From an uncultured bacterium (GTDB taxonomy: Bacteria; JAJVIF01; JAPKYR01), in assembly GCA_965369865.1 (NCBI GenBank), contig CBDURU010000033.1, positions 1-30,265 of the forward strand: a stretch of 30,265 nucleotides of DNA, written 5' to 3'. The translations under genes and the position numbers were made by a program. Each line of letters begins with the position of its first letter. The first letter of the stretch is position 1. Below are positions 20,494 to 28,530 of this stretch, in pieces. The notes beneath the pieces were generated by a model. The model saw only the letters and a list, made by a program, of their open reading frames with translations, was not told where the DNA came from and did not search any database.

Positions 20494-20841
20494 ATGATCG
20501 ACAGAATAAAATACTTAATCGGGATCGTAATACTCATAGCGATGATGATCGGATTTTCTCTCCCGGTTTGTGCTTCATTTATACAAATTCCGGGAAAGAT
20601 CATTGAATCGATCGAACTCGCTCGCAAAGGGAAAGGCGATGATCCGCCATGGGACCCCGGTGATGAATCCGCGTCACTCAAGGATTCTCGCTCTATCGAA
20701 AGCTTTAGCGTGAATTTCTTCTTCGGTCAGTTGATCCCCGGCGACCCCGACCTGGGAAACATACTGGCGAAATCAAAGGCGGATGACCCGCCATGGGATC
20801 CAGGCGATGAATTCGACCCTGGGGAGGTGGAGAATGCCTAG
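20494..20841 (+). CDS. small secreted pro-peptide with a duplicated DDPPWDPGDE core
   Basis: Basic N-terminus plus hydrophobic h-region ending VCA; LARKGKG-DDPPWDPGDE and LAKSKA-DDPPWDPGDE 48 residues apart. Confidence 0.75.
   Translation: MIDRIKYLIGIVILIAMMIGFSLPVCASFIQIPGKIIESIELARKGKGDDPPWDPGDESASLKDSRSIESFSVNFFFGQLIPGDPDLGNILAKSKADDPPWDPGDEFDPGEVENA
20638..20811 (+). repeat. 30-bp coding direct repeat (20638-20667 and 20782-20811)
   Basis: 26/30 nt identical; all four differences are synonymous third-position changes. Confidence 0.9.
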
Positions 20842-21760
20842 CACATCGACAAGGCAAAGAACCTCCCCGCTGGAGATCCTGATCCACCTGCTCATGGCTC
20901 CAGTTTCAAGTGGGACATTCTCATGGCAGCCCGCACCCGACCAGATGAATAAGTTTGCGAATGACATTCGCTGGACAATTCTCCGGAAGGTTTACCCTGA
21001 GCTTAACGGTAAAACACCGTACAGCGCGTTGATCCAGAAACACGCTGTGAAAGTACAATCACTCGATCATCCGTTTTTCAGCGATATCCTTGAGGTTATC
21101 AGGGACAAAAATGCGAGAACATTCGATCTCGACACAGCACGCGATCTCAGCGAAATCGAGCTCCTGAAAGAATTCTTCGTGCCTCTGGTTCTTGAGTGGG
21201 CTGAAAACGAACGCTCGGTTTCGGTGAGCCGGGAGAATACGCCAAGCATCGAAGAATTAATAACGCACGAGGATTCATCCGGAAATCTTTACCAGCGATT
21301 TCCCGATGAATTTTCATGGGCGATTTTTAAATTGACACCCGGGATCGATCCCGACCCGCCGAGGGAAATCCCGCTCGACATGCAGAGGTTCGTGCATCGA
21401 ATAGCCAGGGAACTGACGAATGCGCTCAGAAATATCCTCGAAAATGGAAAACTTGAGAAATATATTCTCCTGATGGCGAGGCTTGAGGATAACATCTGTA
21501 CATGGGAAATGACCTTTGATTACCTGGATTCACTCGGGATGAAACGGTACTCAAGCTGGAAATCGATGTCGGTGGTCGCAAATCGCGCGTTGAAGGAGTA
21601 TGTGAGGGAACTTCCCGACGATGTAAAAACCACACTGCACCAGGACGATCCTGAGTTATCGAGAGAGGAAAAACACGATCGTTTGCGCCTGGCGGTGACC
21701 GCAGCTCTTGAACTCGATCCACTCCCAACACCGATGGAGGTCCTTGCTGAAGTAAGTTGA
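20834..21760 (+). CDS. hypothetical 308-aa cytoplasmic protein, possibly a divergent sigma-70-like/HTH regulator
   Basis: GGAGG SD before ATG 20834; 8-nt overlap with the peptide gene; C-terminal EKYILLMARLE..TWEMTFDYL..G...SWKSMSVVANRALKEY resembles sigma region 4 spacing (function is tentative). Confidence 0.7.
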   Translation: MPSTSTRQRTSPLEILIHLLMAPVSSGTFSWQPAPDQMNKFANDIRWTILRKVYPELNGKTPYSALIQKHAVKVQSLDHPFFSDILEVIRDKNARTFDLDTARDLSEIELLKEFFVPLVLEWAENERSVSVSRENTPSIEELITHEDSSGNLYQRFPDEFSWAIFKLTPGIDPDPPREIPLDMQRFVHRIARELTNALRNILENGKLEKYILLMARLEDNICTWEMTFDYLDSLGMKRYSSWKSMSVVANRALKEYVRELPDDVKTTLHQDDPELSREEKHDRLRLAVTAALELDPLPTPMEVLAEVS

Positions 21761-21795
21761 GAAAATAAACAATACATGGAACTCTATGAAAACAT

Positions 21796-21820
21796 GCTCC
21801 TGCCAGAATGGCAGGAGCTT
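21796..21820 (+). terminator. hairpin closing the TPR-peptide-regulator operon (terminator-like, weak U tract)
   Basis: 10-bp perfect stem GCTCCTGCCA-gaa-TGGCAGGAGC followed by TT. Confidence 0.5.
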
Positions 21821-21872
21821 CGCATTACAAGTAAAATACGACCCCGTGGACGACAGTTTTGAAAAACCGCGA

Positions 21873-21903
21873 TTGACATTTCCACATAATAGTAGTATAT
21901 CAT
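21873..21903 (+). promoter_or_regulatory. sigma-70 promoter for the downstream lipoprotein gene
   Basis: Consensus TTGACA, 17-nt spacer, TATATC(AT). Confidence 0.55.
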
Positions 21904-21938
21904 GATGGAATAATATCCATTGTTAGGCAGGTTGTATC

Positions 21939-23567
21939 GTGATTCATAAATTCCTTATTACTGTAACACTGATCATTATTCTTTCCGGTTGTGGGAGTGA
22001 TAGCAGCGAATCGAATTTCATAGTCGGACCGATCAATGGACCCTCCGATGTCGATGTCAATGTAGCAACCGAATTCAGTGTATCTGTTTCGGGTGGAACC
22101 GGAATTACATACGCATGGACGGTCGAGCCTGTGTCCGCCGGGACATTTTCAAGCACGAACACCGCAACGACATCGTTCAAGGCTGCTTCCGTTACTTCGG
22201 AAACGGAAATTTCAATTATTGTAGTTGTAACCTCGAACGACCGTGGTCCTGAAGTGCGACTGATGGACATTATGGTCAAGCCGGTTCCAGATGGATGGGC
22301 GGTGTCATGGGGCGGTTCCGGCACCGACATCGGGACTGATTTCACTGTCGATAATGATGGAAATATTTATATAGTCGGGCGGGCCGGTCCCGATACCGAT
22401 TTCGATCCTGGTACGGGAAGCAGCATCAACGATGGCGATCCGATTTTCCTGAGCAGGATTACTTCATTTGGCAATTTCGAATGGGCTGTCACATGGGACG
22501 CGATCTCGGCGATTGGGGTCGCGGCAAATTCACAGGGAATGATAGCTGTTTCAGGCGATTACCAGGGCGCTCCTGATCTCGATCCGGAAGCGGATGAATT
22601 TATTGTGGCATCCGAAAATCCCGGATGTTATTTATCGGTCTTCGATTCGTTTTCCAATTTCCAGTGGTGTAGCGTAAGCCAGGGTAGTAATGACTATGTC
22701 GATACCGGCTTCCAGGAATCATGGTTCGATTACAGTAACTGGGCATTTGATGTCGCATCCGACAACAATGGGAACTGGTTGATTCTGAAACGTCATCATC
22801 TGGATCTGACCTGGGGTCCGAATATAAAATACCACACGCCCGGTGGATCGAGTACCGATGACTACATTCACCTGCTCAGGTATGATTCTACCGGCGCATG
22901 GGACGGAGAATCTTACCGGTTTGCAGAGGTTTCTTTAAACCGGGTTGCCTCAGCGGGATCATCGGGATATTACCTTGCGGGACATGATAACGGCCAACCA
23001 TATATCGCAAAGCTGAGGGATGATCTGTCCGGTCACTGGTCGCGCGTTGATGAAGGTGAAACAGGCGATAATCTCGATATCGCAACAGATTCTTTCGGTA
23101 ACGTGGTAACTGTGGGTACTGTCAGCCAAGGGGGCGATAAAAATTGCAAATTAAAACTTTACGATCCAAACGCGAACACACTTCTTGAACTGACCTGGGG
23201 CAGCTCATCCGATGATGCCGCGACCGGTGTCGCGGTCGGGCACAACGGTGAATTCTATGTTACGGGTTATTTCACGGGCACGACCGATTTCGATCCCGGT
23301 CCCGCTGTCAATGAAGTCAGCTTTGATGCCCATCATGGATATTTCCTGCTTTCTCTTGACTCTGAAGGAGATTTTGTGTGGGTGCGAACATGGGGCGGCT
23401 CATACTATCAGGAAATTTTCAATCCAAAGGTGGCTGTTTCGGGCTTTGGGGACATCTACGTGATGGGCTCGTTTACTGGAACTGCCGATATTGATATCGG
23501 ACCCGGCGTACAGGATGTCGAATCGGCAGGGCAATCGGATGTGTATTTGATAAAGGTTGCAGTGTAA
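21939..23567 (+). CDS. lipoprotein with an Ig/PKD-like domain and SBBP-type beta-propeller repeats
   Basis: Lipobox LSGC; WGGSGTD....VDNDGNIYIVG, WGSSSDDAA..VAV...GEFYVTGYF.GTTDFDPG; repeated D(F/L)DP(G/E). Confidence 0.8.
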   Translation: MIHKFLITVTLIIILSGCGSDSSESNFIVGPINGPSDVDVNVATEFSVSVSGGTGITYAWTVEPVSAGTFSSTNTATTSFKAASVTSETEISIIVVVTSNDRGPEVRLMDIMVKPVPDGWAVSWGGSGTDIGTDFTVDNDGNIYIVGRAGPDTDFDPGTGSSINDGDPIFLSRITSFGNFEWAVTWDAISAIGVAANSQGMIAVSGDYQGAPDLDPEADEFIVASENPGCYLSVFDSFSNFQWCSVSQGSNDYVDTGFQESWFDYSNWAFDVASDNNGNWLILKRHHLDLTWGPNIKYHTPGGSSTDDYIHLLRYDSTGAWDGESYRFAEVSLNRVASAGSSGYYLAGHDNGQPYIAKLRDDLSGHWSRVDEGETGDNLDIATDSFGNVVTVGTVSQGGDKNCKLKLYDPNANTLLELTWGSSSDDAATGVAVGHNGEFYVTGYFTGTTDFDPGPAVNEVSFDAHHGYFLLSLDSEGDFVWVRTWGGSYYQEIFNPKVAVSGFGDIYVMGSFTGTADIDIGPGVQDVESAGQSDVYLIKVAV

Positions 23568-23611
23568 GGTGAGAAACAAGCCCACATCATAGATATGGGT
23601 TTTACCAGTCT

Positions 23612-24346
23612 TCAATAAAGAAATTTGCACACCCTCGTGTATACCCACATCGGGACCAACGCTCCCGCCAACTCGGCTTTCAGTACCCATGGACCAAGGC
23701 TCGCCACTTCAAGGCCTTTCTTCTTTGCAAGGGCAACCTCTTCCCGTTCCAGTCCACCCTCAGGACCAACAAGCGCGACATACTTTTTCCCTTTCCTGAA
23801 AGTTACAGCCTGTTTGATTTTCATGGGGGAGGCTTCCTCATCGAAAATAACTCCCTTCTTCTTTGTACCAAGGAATTCCTCAAGTCTGACCGGTTTCAGG
23901 ATCAGGGGCAGGAACCCTCCACCGCTCGCGGACACTTCCCCGACACATACTTTTTTCCAACGTTCGATTCGTCTTTCAAGGCGGTCTTTCACAAACGGGA
24001 TATCGGTCCGTTTGAAAATCACGGGCTGAATCTGCCTGACCTCCATCGCGGCAGCCATCCGTACGGCGGTTTCCTCGTTATTTGATTTCAAAGGGTTAAT
24101 CCCCATCGTTAAATTAACCGGGCTTGACCGTTTCATTTTGATCCGTTTGATGTGTTTCAGTTTTATTTCAAGCCGGCTCATGCCTGTGATTTCCCAGCGG
24201 TCGACAATGCCTTTTCCGTCGAAGGTCTCAAATTCCTGGCCTTTCTTAACTCTAAGAACGTGTGTAAGGTAATGGACATTTTCCCTGGCGAGAATGAGCG
24301 ATTCATCCATGTCGATTGGCGGGTGATATAGTCTGGGGATTCGGAT
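23612..24346 (-). CDS. rsmE: 16S rRNA m3U1498 methyltransferase RsmE; probable non-canonical ATC start at 24346
   Basis: HYLTHVLRV..G, FDGKG, VGPEGGL...E, SLGPWVLKAELAG; in-frame upstream codons read (M)RIPRLYHPP; SD AAGGAG 7 nt before the ATC. Confidence 0.9.
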   Translation of the reverse strand: MRIPRLYHPPIDMDESLILARENVHYLTHVLRVKKGQEFETFDGKGIVDRWEITGMSRLEIKLKHIKRIKMKRSSPVNLTMGINPLKSNNEETAVRMAAAMEVRQIQPVIFKRTDIPFVKDRLERRIERWKKVCVGEVSASGGGFLPLILKPVRLEEFLGTKKKGVIFDEEASPMKIKQAVTFRKGKKYVALVGPEGGLEREEVALAKKKGLEVASLGPWVLKAELAGALVPMWVYTRVCKFLY

Positions 24347-24357
24347 GCGTCTGCTCC

Positions 24358-25446
24358 TTAACCGAATCGTGGGGAAAGTTCTTTCGAAATCAGCAGTCTC
24401 GAAACCAGGTCGGATACGGATTTCACCAGCGCGAGGTGACGGGTGTAGGGCATCCTGAGCGGTCCCAGGATTCCAAGGCGGCCTCGTGCCCGCGCGTGGA
24501 TGTGGTAACTCGCCACGACAAGCGCGAGACCGTCGAGTGTCGGGTCCATAACGCCTGAGCCGCCGATAACCACCTGTACATCCTCAGGTTTCCTGACCGA
24601 CCGTATCGCCTTCTCGATCATTTTTCGGTCGTCCAGGAACGCAACCGCTCGCGCGAGAGTGTCGGGGTCTTCACCGCTTGCTTTCAACAGTCCCGCGGCT
24701 CCATGAAGGACAGTGACCGGTCCTTCACCGAGCTGCGCGTCGGTAATCAAATCGTGCAATGGGTGAACGAAAACATCATAGCCGCGTCCCCATTGTGCTG
24801 CATGATTCACAAGCGCGACAAGTTCCGCCTCGCTGATTTCATTTAATTTCCGTCCCGACAATCTTTCGGTCAGTAGTTCCGCGAGGGCGCCGAATTTGAA
24901 ATTATCGACCGGAATGGCCAGCGTCACGAGATGATGGTAATTTCGCCCTGACATCAGCTCCAGCCTGATTAATAGGACCTGGGATTCAAGCGGGTCGAGT
25001 TTGAACCGGGCGATCCTGCCATCCGCGAGTGAAGGGCTGGTAACGAACCCCATGCATCCCGATTCACCCGCGAGGATCTCACCTGCGTATTCAAGGAGAC
25101 GCCTTAGTTCGCCTGATAACGCCCGTGCGGCACTGACAATTTTCTCCGATAATTCATTTTCGATACCGAGCAGTTTCATGGAATCCAGGGAGTTGACATA
25201 CTCGCTGTATGCCATGCTGGTGGGAATTCTCCCACCCGATGCATGCTGCTTTGTCAGGTAGCCTTCACTTTCGAGCCGCGAAAGGTCGAGGCGGATTGTC
25301 GATGGCGGTACGTGCTCGCCCGATCGTTCGAGTTCATGGCTTATCGCTGTGCTGGATACTGGCTCCCCGGAATCAATATAAATGGCAACAAGAGCATTTA
25401 AGAGCGTCCTTGCGCGTCCTGTCATTATTTCATGCGTGTTTGCCAT
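24358..25446 (-). CDS. hrcA: heat-inducible transcription repressor HrcA (start 25446 rather than 25671)
   Basis: LNALVAIYIDSGEPVSS, STIRLDLSRLESEGYLTKQHASGGRIPT, V.IG, GRLGILGPLRMPY. Confidence 0.93.
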   Translation of the reverse strand: MANTHEIMTGRARTLLNALVAIYIDSGEPVSSTAISHELERSGEHVPPSTIRLDLSRLESEGYLTKQHASGGRIPTSMAYSEYVNSLDSMKLLGIENELSEKIVSAARALSGELRRLLEYAGEILAGESGCMGFVTSPSLADGRIARFKLDPLESQVLLIRLELMSGRNYHHLVTLAIPVDNFKFGALAELLTERLSGRKLNEISEAELVALVNHAAQWGRGYDVFVHPLHDLITDAQLGEGPVTVLHGAAGLLKASGEDPDTLARAVAFLDDRKMIEKAIRSVRKPEDVQVVIGGSGVMDPTLDGLALVVASYHIHARARGRLGILGPLRMPYTRHLALVKSVSDLVSRLLISKELSPRFG

Positions 25447-25453
25447 CTCTATT

Positions 25454-25482
25454 ATTATATCTAACGTATCACTCTTCCACAA
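25454..25482 (-). promoter_or_regulatory. hrcA promoter positioned for a leaderless transcript
   Basis: TTGTGG-N17-TATAAT-N7-ATG on the minus strand; no clear SD. Confidence 0.65.
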
Positions 25483-25517
25483 TTTATTCAGAAGCAAGCC
25501 GATGATTTTATTTTTAA

Positions 25518-25820
25518 ACCGCAAAGAAGCCCGGGATAACATGGGGAACCAACCGGGACACTTCAGATGGCCCTTTGGTACTGATAAATGCGATTCTCGA
25601 TGCACCTGACATACCGAATTTCGTGGTTGAACATATCCTGTGGCATGAGATCTGTCACCAGGAGACGCCACCGGAAAAGGGATCGGGAAGTAAAAGGATA
25701 ATTCACAGCCAGGGATTCAAATAGCTTGAGGATCGGTATCCAAGGCTGGAAATTGCTGAAAGATGGGAGAAGGAGAACGTCACGAGGTTGATCAGGAGGC
25801 ACAGGGGGATGAAGGGGTAA
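25518..25820 (+). pseudogene. 5'-truncated SprT/M48(YgjP)-like HExxH zinc metalloprotease remnant with an internal stop
   Basis: Frame reads ..ITWG..LINAILDAPDIPNFVVEHILWHEICHQETPP...KRIIHSQGFK*LEDRYPRLEIAERW..; TAG at 25722-25724; frame closed by TAA at 25515-25517. Confidence 0.75.
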
Positions 25821-25821
25821 A

Positions 25822-26442
25822 TTATTTTTCAAGAGCTGCTTTTGCCAACACAAGCATTTCATCGAGCATTTTAGCAAGGTAGGGACATTTGGAATGAGCA
25901 AGCTGTGGATCGAGTTTGGAAAATAAGGCGCTTCCTGTACTCGTTTTTTTATATTTTCTTTTTCTCAATTTTTCCCGATATAGTCTTTTCAATAGTTTTG
26001 CTGGTGGTTCGTCAAAATCAACTGTCTCAGGTTGATTTACATTGGACGGTAAAGCTCGAGATACTGCTGTTGGTAGGATTGATAGATCACTGAGTAACCA
26101 GGCTTCAAGTTCATGAACAGCAAAAAACATACGAAATTTATTTTCATCAAAGTTCTTTGAAATTCTGGAAATTTCAGAATTATAGAATTCTTCAATTGTT
26201 TTATTTCCAATTGAAGCACCTTCCAAACCATACAGGTCCAGCAAGCCTACAATAGCAATGTAATCATCAAACTTAGGATCCATCATGTATTTACTTGCTT
26301 TAGTTCTCATATCCTGAATTCCAGCTACTTTGTCAGGTTTAATCCCAACTCTTGTAGGAAGTCTTTCATTTAACCAACGCCTTAAAAATTCAGGAAGTAC
26401 TCTTCTCTCTGTGTTGCCTTCCACAAGCAGTACAAATTTCAC
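25822..26442 (-). CDS. DUF4276 family protein (TOPRIM/RloB-like putative nuclease)
   Basis: N-terminal LLVEGNTE, LLDLYG, HELEAWLLSD, PETVD...PAK.L, YKKT..G, KCPYL; GTG start overlaps the upstream TAG. Confidence 0.85.
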   Translation of the reverse strand: MKFVLLVEGNTERRVLPEFLRRWLNERLPTRVGIKPDKVAGIQDMRTKASKYMMDPKFDDYIAIVGLLDLYGLEGASIGNKTIEEFYNSEISRISKNFDENKFRMFFAVHELEAWLLSDLSILPTAVSRALPSNVNQPETVDFDEPPAKLLKRLYREKLRKRKYKKTSTGSALFSKLDPQLAHSKCPYLAKMLDEMLVLAKAALEK

Positions 26443-27638
26443 TATATTGCCTCCAGACCACCTGAACGGAACATTTCACCAAGTTTGTATTCATTAAGCC
26501 AGTAATCTAATTTTTCACCTGATAGAGTCCTTAATTCTGTTTCCCCATCGACCCAGTCGAAGACTGTCACGGTGGTTTTAGAATTTACTTCCTGTAGAGC
26601 ATTAAGGAATTCTGGCGAATGAGTAGAAATTACCACCTGAGTATGTTCGGAAGCTTCATCAGCATATTCAGCAATGATAGGGAATAATCCCGGATGTAAA
26701 CCTATCTCAGGCTCATCTATTGCAATAAAAGAATGGCTTTCAGCATCAGCAAATAAGGCAAGTATAAATAAGTATTTTAAAATACCATCTGACAGAACAC
26801 TTGATGGTTGCGGCCATGTTAAATGCTTCCATTTGATTCTCATTTGGATATATTGGTCTGCTGCCGGGGCAAAAATGATTTCTTCAAATTCATTACCGAA
26901 TGCAGCTTGCATCCCGGTAATAATTTTCTCTCTTAGTTCTTTGTTTTCCGAATAAACTGTGTGCAGATATGAAACCAGATTCTGACCATCCCCTGAAAGT
27001 TTATTCTCATACCGTGTGATCTGTGGTAAGCGAAGCTTCGAATCAAAAGCTGTATTTGGGGTGTAATAAAATGTCGAATCTAAAAGGAATGCAGCTATAT
27101 TTAATAAATATCCATGAAGAGTTGATTTATCGTAAATTTGACCTAAGGCAGTTTCACTACCGGTCATTAACTGACTGTTTATAACTTTTCCCTCGTTATT
27201 AAAATAATTTATTTTATCCCTATCAACTTTCAATAGAATTGTATCAATATCTACCTCACCCTTAATCCCCTTATAAAGCTCGATAACCTCACTTTCAAGA
27301 ATATACCGATTCCATTGCGGTTTTGGAATTAATTCAAACTGATAACAGGTTTCTAAAATCCCCTTGGCTTGTTGATTATTCGCAGAAGTGAAATTTAAAG
27401 CTACGCTGATTTTTTTAGCCTTAGAGTCCCATAATAATGAGCCTATACTTCCTTCATTTGTAATGAAATGATCTAATTTCTCTTCAACACTCGCAGACAG
27501 CATTTCCAGCAACCTAAGCAAATTCGACTTTCCGCTACCGTTTGGGCCAATCAGCACATTTAGATCACCCGGTTCCCAAACGACATGGTTAAGGGATTTG
27601 TAGCCTTCAACTTCGAGACGTTTGATTTTCATATTCAT
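26442..27638 (-). CDS. ABC-type (AAA_15/AAA_21) ATPase, soluble, SMC/AbiEii-like
   Basis: IKRLEVEGYKSL, Walker A GPNGSGKS, signature LSDG, Walker B IAIDEPEIGLHP, H-loop ISTHS; AT-rich. Confidence 0.9.
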   Translation of the reverse strand: MNMKIKRLEVEGYKSLNHVVWEPGDLNVLIGPNGSGKSNLLRLLEMLSASVEEKLDHFITNEGSIGSLLWDSKAKKISVALNFTSANNQQAKGILETCYQFELIPKPQWNRYILESEVIELYKGIKGEVDIDTILLKVDRDKINYFNNEGKVINSQLMTGSETALGQIYDKSTLHGYLLNIAAFLLDSTFYYTPNTAFDSKLRLPQITRYENKLSGDGQNLVSYLHTVYSENKELREKIITGMQAAFGNEFEEIIFAPAADQYIQMRIKWKHLTWPQPSSVLSDGILKYLFILALFADAESHSFIAIDEPEIGLHPGLFPIIAEYADEASEHTQVVISTHSPEFLNALQEVNSKTTVTVFDWVDGETELRTLSGEKLDYWLNEYKLGEMFRSGGLEAI

Positions 27639-27696
27639 ATTGAGCCTCCTATTGGGAAGGACTCTCTTCTAAATACTGTTTTTCTAAAATTTGCCC

Positions 27697-28491
27697 CTAT
27701 GCCGTTACTTTCGACAATTCATTATACATCTCTAGCGCTTCTTTCGGCGTCCTGTTGTCATGAACTACAGACCGTAACGCGCGTATCATCGCTTCAGGAT
27801 TCGGGTTCTGGAAAATGTTACGCCCGAAATCGCACCCGACCGCTCCCTCTTGGATTGCATCATGCGCGAGCTGGAACACATCGATCTCGCTCTCAATTTT
27901 CTTCCCGCCAGCGATTACTATTGGCACCATCGCCGAGCCGGTAACCTTCTCGAAATCGTCGCAATAGTAGGTCTTGACAAAATGCGCTCCCTGCTCAGCC
28001 GCGATCCTGCATGCGAGTCCGAGATAACGCGCGTCCTTCTGGCCGATATCCCGTCCGACCGCGGTCACCGCAAGCACCGGGATGCCGTACTCCTCGCCGA
28101 AATCGACAAGCTCGGATAAAGCTTCAAGTGTCTGGCGCTCATGTTCGGTCCCGACAAAAATCGACAATGTAATAGCAGAGACATTCAACCGGACAGCGTC
28201 CTCGAGGCTGACGGTCAAACCCTCGTCCGGAAGGTTGTCGCGCTCAATCGATGTCGCGCCGGATACTCTCAGAACGATCGGGACATTCGTTTCCGGCGGA
28301 ATGCAGTTTCTGAGGAGACCCCGCGTAAGCATGAGGGCGTCCGCGTACGGGATCAGCGGTTTTAGGGATTTTTTCGGATTTTCGAGACCCCTGACCGGCC
28401 CAAGGAAATAGCCATGATCGACCGCGAGCATCAGCACACGTCCATCGGGTTGAATTATTCTTGAAAGTCTGTTTTTCAGTCCCCAATCCAT
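27697..28491 (-). CDS. lsrF: LsrF-like thiolase / class I DhnA-type aldolase
   Basis: MDWGLKNRLSRI, MLAVDHGYFLGP, LMLTRG, RIAAEQGAHFVKTYY, PIVIAGGKK, GRNIFQ. Confidence 0.88.
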   Translation of the reverse strand: MDWGLKNRLSRIIQPDGRVLMLAVDHGYFLGPVRGLENPKKSLKPLIPYADALMLTRGLLRNCIPPETNVPIVLRVSGATSIERDNLPDEGLTVSLEDAVRLNVSAITLSIFVGTEHERQTLEALSELVDFGEEYGIPVLAVTAVGRDIGQKDARYLGLACRIAAEQGAHFVKTYYCDDFEKVTGSAMVPIVIAGGKKIESEIDVFQLAHDAIQEGAVGCDFGRNIFQNPNPEAMIRALRSVVHDNRTPKEALEMYNELSKVTA

Positions 28492-28530
28492 TTGTTATCC
28501 TCCACATGAAAATTAATTTTTGCTTTGGTT

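Noticed and set aside
20783..20833. ORF-track start of the third cassette gene at 20783
   Set aside because: It overlaps the conserved peptide core in another frame; the SD supports ATG 20834.
20638..23320. Similarity between the peptide DPG motif and the DFDPG repeats of the downstream lipoprotein
   Set aside because: DFDPG is a usual feature of SBBP-type propeller proteins, and a 3-residue match is uninformative.
25447..25671. 75-aa N-terminal extension of HrcA in the ORF track
   Set aside because: HrcA similarity begins at MANTHEIMTGRAR; the extension covers the promoter and the antisense strand of the protease remnant.
25722..25724. In-frame TAG as possible recoding (pyrrolysine or alternative genetic code)
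   Set aside because: TAG ends intact genes here (9369, 20841, 26442) and the fragment also lacks its 5' end, so pseudogenisation is simpler.
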